Source of the DNA: Anaeramoeba ignava BMAN
Lineage: Eukaryota > Protista > Anaeramoebae
DNA: 64,000 nucleotides
Direction of reading: 5' to 3'
Assembly (NCBI GenBank): GCA_028826165.1
Contig: JAPDFW010000076.1
Location: 310,001-374,000, forward strand
Under the pieces are notes generated by a model. That model saw only the letters and a program-made list of their open reading frames with translations. It was not told where the DNA came from and did no database searches. The position numbers were made by a program, and so were the translations under genes. Below are positions 36,256-50,085 of the stretch, one piece after another; within the stretch, counting starts at the first letter, position 1, and every line of letters starts with the position of its first letter.

Positions 36256-38744
36256 ATGAAACCAAATAATCCACAAATACCATTTAAAAATTTTGTACTT
36301 CCATTACCAAGAAATAAAATGGAAAAATTAATTTCGAATAACCAAACATTTCAAACTTGTGATTTAATGAATTTTGATCAAGATGAATTAGCCAATTTGG
36401 ATCCAAAACAATTTTATAATTTTCAACAGTTCAACAATTACCCCCAATTTAATTATCAAACAAACTTACAACAAACTAAAACAAATAAAAATTTAAATAA
36501 AAATTTAAATAAAAACTTAAATAAAAAACATCATTCAAAAAACAATTCAAAAAACAACTCAAAAAACAACTCAAATTCATTTCCTCAACAAAATTTTAAT
36601 TCTGATTTTAACTCTTATTTGAATTCTGCTGAAAATTTTAATCAAAATCAACCATTTCATTCTGATCAAAATCTTATGCAAAATCAAATGGATTATGAAT
36701 CAATTCAACAACAACAAGAAATGTGGTTGAATTTAGAAAAACATAAAGCATTTCAAAATTTAAGTAGCGCAATGAATACAGAAGATAAAACAGACAAGAA
36801 AGAAGAAGAAGAAGATGAAAAAGAAGGATATCAATATCAATTTCAATATCAAAATCAATTCCCAAATCAATTCCCAAGTCAATATCAAAATCAATTTCCA
36901 AATCAATTTCCAAATCAATATCAAATCAATTTCCAAATCAATTTCCAAATCAATATCAAAATCAATTTCAAAATCAATATCAAAATCAATTCCCAAATCA
37001 ATTTCCAAATCAATTTCCAAATCAATTTCCAAATCAATTTCCAAATCAATTCCCAAATCAATATCAAAATCAATTTCCAAATCAATTCCCAAATCAATTT
37101 CCAAATCAATATCAAAATCAATTCCCAAATCAATATCAAAATCAATTCCCAAATCAATTTCCAAATCAAAATCAATTCCCAAATCAAATGAAAAAAAAAC
37201 GAGAAAATCAATTTGAAAATCAAAAAGAGTTGCAAAAACGAATAAAAAAAGCAAATCACTCAACATCAAAAGAAGAAGGGAATGATTATTTAAGAGAAAA
37301 ATCATTTGAAATTCCAAGTCAACAAATAAGTGAAGAATCAACAGATTTATCAAATGAAAACTTGACAGAATCTGAATTAAAAGAACGAAAAGAAGAGCAA
37401 ATTTGTAGATTCTTCTTACAAAAACCTCTTGATTTCAATCATAAATCTCAAAGAGGAAATCCTTCTTTTGGAACTGTTATTTATTCTTATATTAGAAAAA
37501 CTATTGCAACTCATCAAAAAAAATCAAATCAAGATCAAAAATATCTTCATTTTGTTGATGAAACAGAAGGAATGATAAATTCTGGAAAATGTGATGCAAA
37601 ACTGGCAAAATGGATTGTGAAAAGAAGGTTTTTAGCGAGAAAAAAGAAAAGAAGGCAAATAAAAAGAAGAAAAAATAAGCAAAAATCAAAACCAAAATCA
37701 ACTCAAACTCAAAATCAAATTCAAAATCAAAATCAAATTCAAAATCAAATTCAAAATATAAATCAAAATCAAATTCAAAATGAAAATGAAAATCAAATTC
37801 AAAATATAAATCAAAATCAAAATCAAAATCAAAATATAAATCAAAATCAAAATATAAATCAAAATCAAAATATAAATCAAAATCAAATTCAAAATCTAAA
37901 TAAAAATCAAAATAAAAATGAAAATCAAAATCAAAATCAAAATCAAAATATAAATCAAAATCAAATTCAAAATATAAATCAAAATCAAAATCAAAATGAA
38001 AATGAAAATCAAAATGAAAATGAAAATCAAAATATAAATATAAATGAAAATCAAAATATAAATGAAAATCAAAATCAAATTCAAAATATAAATATAAATG
38101 AAATTGAAAATCAAAATCAAAATCAAAATCAAAATGAAAATCAAAATGAAAATGAAAATCAAAATCAAATTCAAAATCAAAATCAAAATCAAAATCAAAA
38201 TCAAAATCAAAATCAAAATCAAAATCAAAATCAAATTGAAATTCAAAATATAAATCAAAATCAAAATGAAAATCAAAATCAAAATCAAAATCAAAATGAA
38301 AATCAAAATCAAAATCAAAATCAAAATCAAAATCAAAATCAAAATCAAAATAAAAATCAAATTCAAAATATAATTGAAAATCAAAATCAAAATCAAAATC
38401 AAAATCAAAATCAAAATGAAAATCAAAATCAAAATCAAAATATAAATCAAAATATAAATATAAATGAAAATCAAAATCAAAATGAAAATCAAAATCAAAT
38501 TCAAAATCAAAATCAAAATCAATCAAAATCTTTTGATCAAAAATTCTTTGATCAAAAATCAATTGAACCAAAATCAAATGAAACCAAATCAATTGAACCA
38601 AAATCAAACGATCAAAAATCAAACGATCAAAAATTAAATAATCATAAATTAATTGAACAGAAACTAAATGAATATAATTTAAATCAAAAAGAATTCCAAC
38701 AAAAATCAATTGACCAAAAATCAATTGATCAAAATACAAATTAA
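36256..38744 (+). CDS. Hypothetical N/Q-rich protein with a small basic domain; one -1 frameshift near 36923
   Basis: ORFs 36256-37191 and 37188-38744 fuse if one A is restored in CAA(A)ATCAA of the QNQFP repeat. Globular part ICRFFLQKP..RGNPSFG..LAKWIVKRRFLARKKKRR. Confidence 0.7.
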
Positions 38745-38937
38745 ATGAAAATTCAAAATAAACAAAAGTGGAACAAAATTATATCTTCTTATTAGTTCTT
38801 TTTAGCATAATAATCAATGACTGTAAAAGTCTTTTTGATTAATTTTCTTTTTTGTTTTTGTTTTGGTTTTTTTTAATTAAATTTTAAACAGAAAATTTTT
38901 TTTCATTTTTTTCATTTTTTCATTTTTTCATTTCAAA

Positions 38938-40439
38938 ATGGAAAAAACTCAAAAAATTTGTGTAAAATGTAAAAGAAAAGCTTATACAAAAAGTAGAGAT
39001 ATTTTATTTTGTCGGTAAAATTATTTTTTTTCTTATTTTTCTTTTTCTGAAACGATTTTAATATAAAAAAAAATTTTTGATAAATAAAATTTTCAGAGAG
39101 TGTTATATCAAAAATATTCAAGAGAAAATCCGCAAGGAATTCAATTCAAAGCAAATTATTAGAGGAGGAGATAAAGTTCTTTTAACTTTTTCTGGAGGAT
39201 CTTCATCACTTGTTTTACTTGATTTTCTACTTGAATTCCATAAAATAAAAAAAGGCAAAAAAAAATTTGATTTGGATATTTTGGTTATTGACGAGACTTT
39301 AATAGAAGAAACATTAGGGATTAATAGACCAAAAGCATTTATAGAAGAAATAACGGATCTTGTTGGAAATTACAAAGAAAAATTAATTGTCAAAAAATAT
39401 CCGAATTTATTAAAAAATTTATTGGAATCAATAAAAAAAATTTCTGTCAAAGAAGACTTGTTAGAAATCATAAAGACAAGAATAATCATAGAAACTTTTT
39501 TGCAAGGAAATTACACTCGTGTTTTATTGGGTGATTGTGCAGAAAGATTAGGCATAAGAACTATTTCAATGATCTCCAAAGGTAGAGGTTTTGCATTAAC
39601 AGAAAAACTTCAAAGCGACACTCGATTGCAAAGAGGAAAAAGTGGATTAAGGTTATTTCCTCATGAAGAGAAAAATCATCGCGAAAATGATGATTCAAAT
39701 TCAAACGAAAAAGAAAAAACAAACGAAAAAGAAAATGTCGAAATTATTTCTGAAGAAAATAACAATAACAACAACAATAACAATAATAATAATAATAATT
39801 CCAACCAAAGTGAGTTGAATGAAAATATTCCACAAGACTCAAACGAGAAGATCCATGAATTCACGGACACCGATATTAATCGGTATTATGAATCTATTTA
39901 TTATCCAATGAAATCTATTCTTCGGATGGATTTATTGAAATATTTAGTTTATCGCAATTTGCAACCAGTTCATGTGCCGCGGTTAAGCACTTTAAAGCCT
40001 CCTAGGTCTTCGATGGATCAGGTTTGTTTTGATTTTATTCAAGCTGTTTCTTTAGAAAATATATCGAATTTATTTGGAATTTTACGGTGTGTTGATAAAT
40101 TACGACCATTAGAAATTTCATCGAAAAGATGCTCTATTTGCTATGAGTAAGTTTTTCTAATTTTCTTTTATAATTTTATAATAATTTTATAATAATTTTA
40201 TCTATTTATTTCTTTTATAATTTTATAATAATTTTATCTATTTATTTCTTTTATAATTTTATAATAATTTTCTTTTATAATTTTATAATAATTTTATCTA
40301 TTTATTTCTTAGTCTTGTTCCGATTGATAAAATAGAAAATGTATTACCTTTTGGTAATTGTTGTGTTTATTGCAAAAATTATATTTTATCCGTTTGCGAT
40401 TCTGATTTATTCTCGAAAATATTATTTTTGGAGAAATAA
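38938..40439 (+). CDS. CTU2: Cytoplasmic tRNA 2-thiolation protein 2
   Basis: Exons 38938-39014, 39097-40146, 40313-40439. N-terminal CVKC..FCREC, VLLTFSGGSSSLVLL, LLGDCAERLG..ISKGRGF, YPMK, C-terminal CSIC..CVYC. Confidence 0.92.
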
Positions 40440-40499
40440 GGATTTACATTTAGATTTACATTTATTCCAGAAAATTATTTATGATTTAAATAAAATTCA

Positions 40500-42245
40500 A
40501 ATATAAATTAAATTAAATCTAATTAAATCAAATCAATTTAAATCAAATCAAATCAATTTAAATCAAATCAAATCAATTTAAATCAAATCAAATCAATTTA
40601 AATCAAATCAAATCAAATTAAATCAATTTAAATCCAAAAATATTTAAATCCAAAAATATTTAAATCCAAAAATATTTAAATCAAATTAAATCAAATCAAT
40701 TTAAATCAAATTAAATCAAATTAAATCAAATCAAATTAAATCAATTTAAATTAAATTAAATCCAAAAATATTTAAATCAAATTAAATCAAATTAAATCAA
40801 ATCAATTTAAATCAAATTAAATCAAATTAAATTAAATTAAATCCAAAAATATTTAAATCAAATTAAATCAAATTAAATCAAATCAATTTAAATCAAATTA
40901 AATCAAATTAAATCAAATTAAATCCAAAAATATTTAAATCAAATCAAATCCAAAAATAATTAAATCAAATTAAATCAATTTAAATCAAATTAAATCAAAT
41001 CAAATCAAATTAAATCAAATTAAATCCAAAAATAATTAAATCCAAAAATATTTAAATCCAAAAATAATTAAATTTAAATTAAATTAAATTAAATTAAATT
41101 AAATTAAATCAAATCAAATTAAATCAAATTAAATCCAAAAATAATTAAATCTAAATTAAATCAAATTAAATTAAATCAAAATTCAATTTAAATCAAAATC
41201 AAATTAAATTAAATCCAAAATCAAATTAAATCAAAAATTTAAATCCAAAAAATTAAATTAAATTTAAATCCAAAAAATTTAAATTAAAATCAAATCAATT
41301 TATATTTAAATTAAATAAATTAAATTAAATCCAAAATATTTAAATCCAAAAATAAATTAAATAAACTAAAAATAATTTTAAAATAAATTAAATTAAATTA
41401 AATTCCAAAATTTAAATCAAATTAAATCCAAAATTTAAATCAAAAATCGAATTAAATTCCAAAAATAAAATCAATTTTAAATCAAAAAATTTAAATCAAA
41501 TCAAAAAATCAAATTAAATCAAATTAAATCAAATTAAATCAAATTAAATCAAATTTAAATCCAAAAAATTTAAATCCAAAAATATTTAAATCAAATTAAA
41601 TCAAATTAAATTAAATTAAATTAAATCAAATTAAATCAAAAATATTTAAATCAAATCAAATCCAAAAATAATTAAATCAAATTAAATCAAATTAAATCAA
41701 ATTAAATTAAATTAAATTAAATCAAATTAAATCCAAAAATATTTAAATCAAATCAAATTAAATCAAATTAAATCAAATCAAAAAAATCAAATTAAATCAA
41801 AAAAATCCAAAAAATCAAATTAAATCAAAATCAAATTAAATCAAATTAAATTAAATTAAATTAAATTAAATTAAATTAAATTAAATTAAATCAAAAAAAT
41901 TAAATCCAAAATTAAATCAAATTAAATCAAATTAATTCCAAAAAATCAAATCAAAAAATTTAAATCAATTTAAATCCAAAAATATTTAAATCCAAAAATA
42001 TTTAAATCAAATTAAATCAAATTAAATCAAATTAAATCCAAAAATATTTAAATCAAATTAAATTAAATTAAATCAATTTAAATCCAAAAATATTTAAATC
42101 AAATTAAATTAAATTAAATTAAATCAAATTAAATTAAATCAAATTAAATTAAATCAAATTAAATTAAATTAAATTAAATCAAATTAAATCAAATCCAAAA
42201 ATATTTAAATCAAATTAAATCCAAAAATAATTAAATTTAAATTAA
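40500..42245. repeat. 1.7-kb intergenic (AAATC/AAATT)n satellite with AAATCCAAAAATATTT units
   Basis: Directly visible. Confidence 0.93.
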
Positions 42246-42456
42246 AAGGAGAATTGATTGAAGATAAAAAATTGTTTTAAATTTTTCTTCTTTAAATTTA
42301 TTTTTCTTCTTTTTTTTTTTTTTTTTAATAAAAATAAAAACAAAAAAAAATTTTTTTAATTAAAAAAATTTAAATTAACTACAGCTGGAAATATAAATAA
42401 AAAAAAAAAAAAAATAAAAAAATAAAAATAAAAAATCATTTTTCTTTTTACAAAAA

Positions 42457-45400
42457 ATGTCTTTAGGAACAGTTTTTGCAAAACAAATAATAAGCAACTA
42501 CGATCATAAGTACACAACTATGGCGAGCCCAAAAGACAAAGGTAACTTAACAACAGTGCAAGGCTTATTAGCAGGAGGACTTGCAGGCGCAGTAGCACGA
42601 ACAGCAACATCTCCATTAGATGTAATCAAGATTCTGTTCCAAGTGCAAAAAGGTCCAAGTCATGAAGCAAAATATAAAGGTTTGGGTGATGCTTTTGCTA
42701 CTATTTATCGTGAAGAAGGTTTAGGTGGTTTCTGGAAAGGAAATTGGGCTGGTTGCCTCAGAATTGCTCCTTATAGTGCTATCAAATTCGCTACGTTCGT
42801 TTTTTTTCTTATTTTTTTAACGTTTATTTAATAATTTAATTAATAATTTATTTAATAATTTATTTAATAATTTAATTAATAATTTATTTAATAATTTATT
42901 TAATAATTTAATTAATAATTTATTTAATAATTTATATAATAATTTATATAATAATTTATTTAATAATTTATATAATAATTTATATAATAATTTATATAAT
43001 AATTTATATAATAATTTATATAATAATTTATAAAATAATTTATTTTTTATAATTTAATTTAATAATTTATATAATAATTTATATAATAATTTATATAATA
43101 ATTTATATAATAATTTATATAATAATTTATTTAATAATTTTAATTAATAATTTATTTTAATAATTTATTAATAATTTATATAATAATTTTTTTAATAATT
43201 TTAATTTTATTTTTAATTAATAATTTTATTTAATAATTTAATTAATAATTTAATTTAATTAATTTAATAATTTAATTAATAATTTTATTTAATAATTTTA
43301 ATTAATAATTTAATTTAATAAATTTTATTTAATAATTTATTTTAATAATTTAATTAATAATTTATTTAATAATTTAATTTAATAATTTAATTAATAATTT
43401 TAATTAATAATTTAATTAATAACTTATTTAATAATTTATAAAAATAATTTAATTAATAATTTAATTAATAATTTATTTAATAATTTATAAAATAATTTAA
43501 TTAATAATTTATTTTAATAATTTATATAATAATTTTATATAATAATTTATATAATAATTTAATTAATAATTTATTTAATAATTTTATATAATAATTTTAT
43601 ATAATATTTTTATATAATAATTTATTTAATAATTTATATAATAATTTTATAATAATTTATATAATAATTTTATATAATAATTTATATAATAATTTATTTA
43701 ATAATTTATTTTAATAATTTATTTAATAATTTTTAATTAATAATTTATTTAATAATTTTATTTAATAATTTAATTAATAATTTAATTAATAATTTAATTA
43801 ATAATTTATAAAAAATTTATATAATAATTTATTTAATAATTTAATTAATAATTTAATTAATAATTTATTTAATAATTTATTTAATAATTTATTTAATAAT
43901 TTATTTAATAATTTATTTAATAATTTAATTAATAATTTATAAAATAATTTATATAATAATTTATTTAATAATTTAATTAATAATTTATTTAATAATTTAT
44001 TTAATAATTTAATAATTTATATAATAATTTATAAAAATTTATTTAATAATTTAATTAATAATTTAATTAATAATTTATATAATAATTTATAAAATAATTT
44101 ATTTAATAATTTATATAATAATTTATTTAATAATTTAATTAATAATTTAATTAATAATTTTAATTTAATAATTTATATAATAATTTATTTAATAATTTAT
44201 TTAATAATTTTATATAATAATTTTAATAATAATTTATATAATAATTTATATAATAATTTATTTTAATAATTTATTTAATAATTTATAAAATAATTTATAT
44301 AATAATTTAATAATTTATTTAATAATTTTATAAAATAATTTATAAAATGGTTTATTTATTAATTTAATTAATAATTTATTTAATAATTTAATTAATAATT
44401 TATTTAATAATTTATTTAATAATTTAATTAATAATTTATTTAATAATTTATTTAATAATTTATTTAATAATTTATATAATAATTTATATAATAATTTATT
44501 TAATAATTTATTTAATAATTTATATAATAATTTATTTAATAATTTATTTAATAATTTATTTAATAATTTATATAATAATTTAAATAATAATTTATATAAT
44601 ATAGCTTTGAAAGACTTCGTAAAGTTGTTGGAAAAGGACAACCACTTTCAAGTGTTCAAAGATTAATTTGTGGATCACTTGCAGGAACTATTGGATTAAT
44701 TTTCACTTATCCATTTGATGTTGTTAAAACTCGAATGACTGTTGATTCAAGATATACAGGAATTACAGATACTTTTGCAAAAATTATTCAAGAAGAAGGA
44801 ATTGGTGGTTTATTTGGTGGAATTATTCCTTCTGTTGTTGGTGTTATTCCTTATGAAGGTGGACAATTCTTTGCTTATGGAGCAATCAAAAGTTTCTGGG
44901 AAGGTCCTGAAAAAAGAGTAAATTTTATAAAAATTAAAATTAAAATTCATTTATAAAATCAAAATTAAAATTAAAATTAAAATTAAAATTTAAATTTAAA
45001 TTAAAATTAAAATTAAAATTAAAATTAAAATTAAAATTAAAATTAAAATTAAAAATTAAAATTAAAATTCATTTATAAAATCAAAATTAAAATTAAAATT
45101 AAAATTAAAATTAAAATTAAAATTAAAATTAAATTTAAAATTAAAATTCATTTATAAAATTAAAATTAAAATTAAAATTAAAATTAAAATTAAAATTCAT
45201 TTATAAAATAAAAATTAAAATTTAAATTCATTTATAAAATTAAAATTAAAATTAAAATTAAAATTAAAATTAAAATTCATTTATAAAATAAAAAATAAAA
45301 TTAGCAATTAAGTGTTATTGAAAATTTACTTGTTGGATCATTAGCTGGAGCATTTGGACAAACAATTAGTTATCCATTTGATGTTATTAGAAAAAGATTA

Positions 45401-46161
45401 CAAATACAAAGAAAATCAGGAAAACAAGAATATAGTGGAATGATTGATTGTGCTGTAAAAATTGTTAAAGATGAAGGATTCACAGGATTATATAAAGGAA
45501 ATGTACCTAATTTAATTAAAGTTCTTCCTTATGCCGCATTAACTTTCACAACGTAAAAAATATAAAATTAAAATTAAAATTAAAATCAAAATTAAAATTA
45601 AAATTAAAATTAAAATTAAAATTTAAAATTAAAATTAAAAATTAAAATTAAAATTAAAATTAAAATAAAAATTAAAATTAAAATTAAAATTAAAATTAAA
45701 TTTAAAATTAAAATTCATTTAAAATTATAAAAATAAAATTAAAATTAAAATTAAAATTCATATTAAAATTAAAATTAAAATTTAAAATTAAAATTAAAAT
45801 TAAAATTAAAATTATAAAATTTAAAATTAAAATTAAATTTAAAATTAAAATTAAATTTAAAATTAAAATTAAAATTAAAATTAAAATTAAAATTAAAATT
45901 AAAATTAAAATTAAAATTAAAATTAAAATTAAAATTAAAATTAAAATTAAAATTAAAATTAAAATTTAAAATTAAAAATTAAATTTAAATTAAAATTAAA
46001 ATTAAAATTAAAATTAAAATTAAAATTAAATTAAAATTCATATTAAAATTAAAATTAAAATTAAAATTAAAATTAAAATTAGTTATGAACAAGTCAAGAA
46101 ATTCTTTGAAAACTATAATAATAAACGTAAAGCTCAAGCAACTCAACCTAAAAAGAAATGA
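42457..46161 (+). CDS. Mitochondrial/hydrogenosomal carrier (SLC25; nucleotide/CoA-carrier-like)
   Basis: Exons 42457-42794, 44605-44917, 45305-45552, 46083-46161. Three Px[DE]xx[KR] signatures (SPLDVIK, YPFDVVKTR, YPFDVIRKR); also GFWKGN..RIAPYSAIKF. Confidence 0.95.
42825..44600. repeat. 12-bp satellite (TAATAATTTATW) filling carrier intron 1
   Basis: Directly visible. Confidence 0.95.
44925..46080 (+). repeat. (AAAATT)n in carrier introns 2 and 3
   Basis: Directly visible; interrupted by exon 45305-45552. Confidence 0.93.
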
Positions 46162-46591
46162 AACTTCTTGAAATTTTTAATTAACTAATTAACTAATTAA
46201 ATCATCTTCTCCAAAAAAAAGAACTAATAATATTTTTTCCAAAATTCGTTTTCATTTTAATTTTCTTTTTCTTTTTCTTTTTCTTTCTTTTCATTCTTTT
46301 CATTCATTTTCCTTTTTTTTTTTTTTCAAAAACAAAACCAACTTATTTTTTGGTTGAGAATCAAAAGAATAAAAAAAACTTTCAATTAAATTTTGATTTT
46401 GATTTTAATTTTAATTTTAATTTTAATTAGTTATTTCTTCTTTTTTCTTTTTTAAAATAATTAAAATAAAATAATAAATTTGTTTTTGTTTTTGTTTTTG
46501 TTGATTTTGATTTTTATTGAATTAGAAAAGAAATTTGAATTGAAAAAAGAAAAAGGAAAAGAAATTTGAATTGAAAAATTGGAAATTGGAA

Positions 46592-49339
46592 TTAAATATC
46601 TAAATCATCTTGAAGTTCTTTTTCTTCTTGTTTTTTTTCTTGTTTTCTTCTTTGTTTTTTTGTTCTTGTTTTTTTCTTATATAAAAGAATTGCAATAATA
46701 ACTATTAAAATAATAAGAATTGGAATAAATATTCCAATAGTTATTGCTGTTGTGTTGGAATTGTTTGAATCAGTTGATTGAGTTGGTTCATAAGGAGATA
46801 ATATTGTAATTGATGTTGTTGAATTAATTCCTGAATATTCATTATTTGAACAATTTAAATCAGATGATGAATAAACTGAAATTTCATAATATTCTCCTCC
46901 TTGTAATCCTGAAGTAATTGAATAATAAGCTGCTAGTAAATTTGTTAAACAAATTGATGTTGAGTTATAAGTAAATGAATATGCTTTTAATCCACTTGAT
47001 AAAATTAATGAATTCCAAGTACAAATAAATCCATTAATTAATGAATAACAATTTAATGAAGTAATATCTCCTAATTTAGCTCTTGTTGAAATAATTGAAC
47101 TAGGTAATCCTAAATATGGTGTTTCACAATTTAAATCAATACATCCTCGAATTGAAATATTATATTCAATATTTCCTGATATTTCACTTATTATTCCAAT
47201 AACTTCATTTCCACTTAAATTAAGAGATGTGAATTTTTGCCAATTTGTTCCATTATCAAGTGAAATTGAATAATTATTTGCATTTGTTAATTTTGTAAAA
47301 TTAAATTCAATTTCTTCAATTTTGGAAATTGTTTCATAAATTGTTGGAGATGTTAAATTATCAGTTGTAATTGAAATTGATGAAATATATCCACATTTTC
47401 CATTTGAATTACATGCTGATATATTGATTTGATATTCTTGATTTGGGAATTGAGCTGTAAATTGTTGATTTGTTGAAATTGGTTGATAATTTCCTGAATA
47501 ATTTTGAGAAATTGATTGATAAGTAAAATTATAATAAAATGGAATTGAACAATTAATTGGTTGATTCCAATTACAATTAATATCGATTAAATTTGAAATT
47601 GAACATGTTAAATTTGTAATTTCACCAAAAATTAATGAAATTGATGATTCAACAATTTCTCCTTTATCATCTCCTTCACATTCTTGTGTTCTACATCCAC
47701 AAATTGAAATATTATAATCATTTTCACATTCTAAATTATTCCAAAAATAATCAAGTGAAGAATTATCAACTGAAATGAAAGATATTAAATCAGGTTGAGA
47801 TTGATTGAAATAAGAAAGATTATAATGATCAATATGAGCAATTCCTTCATTGATTTGAACATTTGGATAATTCCAAGTAACATTAATTGAATTATTTGAA
47901 GGATTTGATAATTGGAAATCTTTTACAGAATCAATTTTTGTTGTTAAATTAATGAAAGAAGAAGATTCACCACATATCATTGATACATGATTACAAGCTT
48001 GAATTTGAATTGAATAATATTCATTTCCAGTAATATTATCATAAATTGAAGAATTAAATAATTGATAATAAACATTCTCATCTTCAAGAATTGGAGAATC
48101 AATATCAATCCAATCATATCCATAATTAATTTGATATTTCAAATTTGGAAATTCAATTTTATTCCAATAACAATCAAATGATGAAAACAAAGATGAACAA
48201 TTAACAATATTAACTTGAGGTAATTTAGCTTCATAAACAAATGCTTTATTTGCATCAGGAGCACCAACAACAATAAAATTCTCATAAATTGAAACAGAAC
48301 TTCCAAAATTTGAAGCTGAAGGTCCATTCAAAATTTGTTCTTCATTCCAAATTGATTCATTATATCTATAAATAAATGCTTGATTTGCACCAGGAGCATC
48401 AACAACAATAACATCTTCATAAATTGAAACAGAAAATCCAAAATTTGAAGCTGATTCATTCAAAGTTTGTTCAAGTTCAAAATTTGATTCATTATATCTG
48501 TAAATAAATGCTTGATTTGCATAAGTCCCAATAACAATAACATCTTTATAAATTGAAACACTTCCTCCAAAAGCTGAAGGTCCATTCAAAGTTTGTTCTT
48601 GATTCCAAAATGTTCCATTATATCTGTAAACAAATGCTTTGTTTGCCATATCAGTTCCAATAACAGTAACATTTTCATAAATTGAAAGAGAAATTCCAAA
48701 ATATAAAACTGATGATTCATACAACATTTGTTCTTGATTCCAAATTGATCCATTATATCTGTAAATAAATACTTGATTTGCATCATAATCAGTTCCAATA
48801 ACAGTAACATTCTCATAAATTGAAACAGAATATCCAAAATCTGTAACTGAAGATTGATATAAAATTTGTTCTTGATTCCAAATTGATCCATTATATCTGT
48901 AAATAAATGCTTTATTTGGAACAGGAGCACCAACAACAATAACATCTTCATAAATTGAAACAGAAAATCCAAAATTTGAAACAGAAGATTCATTCAAAGT
49001 TTGTTCAAGTTCAAAATTTGTTCCATTATATCTGTAAATAAATACTTGTTTTGCCATATAAGCCCCAATAACAAGAACATCTTTATAAACTGAAACAGAA
49101 CGTCCAAAATATCCTGAACCTGAAAATTGATCTAATAAATTCCAAATCCAAGCTTCATTGAAAGAAGAATAATATCTTGTTGTTTCTGTTAATGTTTCTA
49201 TTTCTGTTAATATTGGTGATATTAATGATGATGAAATTGATTTTTGATTTTGATTTTGATTTTGATTTTGATTTGATTGAATTAAGAAAATATTGATAAT
49301 TAAGAAAAAGAAAAAGGAAAAGAAAAGATTTAATTTCAT
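46592..49339 (-). CDS. Type I surface glycoprotein: signal peptide, FG-GAP beta-propeller, FN3 repeats, TM helix, short tail (integrin-alpha-like architecture)
   Basis: Hydrophobic N-terminus; about 7 repeats FGxSVSIYxxxxVxGA..AFIYRYN; FN3-like W..P/Y..SI.AC units; TM ITIGIFIPILIILIVIIAILLY; many NxS/T sites. Confidence 0.88.
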   Translation of the reverse strand: MKLNLFFSFFFFLIINIFLIQSNQNQNQNQNQKSISSSLISPILTEIETLTETTRYYSSFNEAWIWNLLDQFSGSGYFGRSVSVYKDVLVIGAYMAKQVFIYRYNGTNFELEQTLNESSVSNFGFSVSIYEDVIVVGAPVPNKAFIYRYNGSIWNQEQILYQSSVTDFGYSVSIYENVTVIGTDYDANQVFIYRYNGSIWNQEQMLYESSVLYFGISLSIYENVTVIGTDMANKAFVYRYNGTFWNQEQTLNGPSAFGGSVSIYKDVIVIGTYANQAFIYRYNESNFELEQTLNESASNFGFSVSIYEDVIVVDAPGANQAFIYRYNESIWNEEQILNGPSASNFGSSVSIYENFIVVGAPDANKAFVYEAKLPQVNIVNCSSLFSSFDCYWNKIEFPNLKYQINYGYDWIDIDSPILEDENVYYQLFNSSIYDNITGNEYYSIQIQACNHVSMICGESSSFINLTTKIDSVKDFQLSNPSNNSINVTWNYPNVQINEGIAHIDHYNLSYFNQSQPDLISFISVDNSSLDYFWNNLECENDYNISICGCRTQECEGDDKGEIVESSISLIFGEITNLTCSISNLIDINCNWNQPINCSIPFYYNFTYQSISQNYSGNYQPISTNQQFTAQFPNQEYQINISACNSNGKCGYISSISITTDNLTSPTIYETISKIEEIEFNFTKLTNANNYSISLDNGTNWQKFTSLNLSGNEVIGIISEISGNIEYNISIRGCIDLNCETPYLGLPSSIISTRAKLGDITSLNCYSLINGFICTWNSLILSSGLKAYSFTYNSTSICLTNLLAAYYSITSGLQGGEYYEISVYSSSDLNCSNNEYSGINSTTSITILSPYEPTQSTDSNNSNTTAITIGIFIPILIILIVIIAILLYKKKTRTKKQRRKQEKKQEEKELQDDLDI

Positions 49340-50085
49340 TTTTTGTTTTGCTATTTTTTCTTTAAATAAAAAACATAAAAATATAAATAAGTAAAAATAA
49401 ATGAAATTGTATGTTTTTGTGTTTTTTTTATATTTTTTTCTTACTTTGTGTTTTTTGGATTTTTTTGTTGTTTTTTTTTTTGCTTTTTTTTTTTAAATAA
49501 AATTAAAAATAAAATTAATATAAAAATTAAAATATTTATTTGTGTTTTTGTTTTTTGTGTTATTTTTATGTTTTTTCTTACTTTTTTTGTTTTTTTAAAA
49601 AGAGAAAGAAAAAGAAAAAATGATCTTTTGTTTTTTAATTTTAAATTAATTTTAAAAAAAAATTTTTTTTCTTGTTTTCTTTTTAATTTTAATTTAAATT
49701 TTAATTTAAAATATTTTTGGAATATTTATCTGTTTTATCTTTTTTTCTTTGTTTCTTTTTCAATAATTTCTCTTTAAATTGTTTTTCTTTTTGTTAATTT
49801 TAATTAATAAAATAAAATAAATAAAATTTTTGGATTTTTATTTAATTGGAAATAATCAATTTCTATTTAGTTTTATTAATTATTTCTTGTTTAAATTTTG
49901 ATTTTGAATTTAATTAATTATTTCTTCTTTTTCTTTTTTAAAATAATTAAATCAAAATCAAAATCAAAAAATAATAAATTTGTTTTTGTTTTTGTTGTTT
50001 TTGATTTTGATTTTTATTGAATTAGAAAAGAAATTTGAATGGAAAAAGAAAAAGGAAAGAAATTGGAATTGAAATAGAATTGGAA

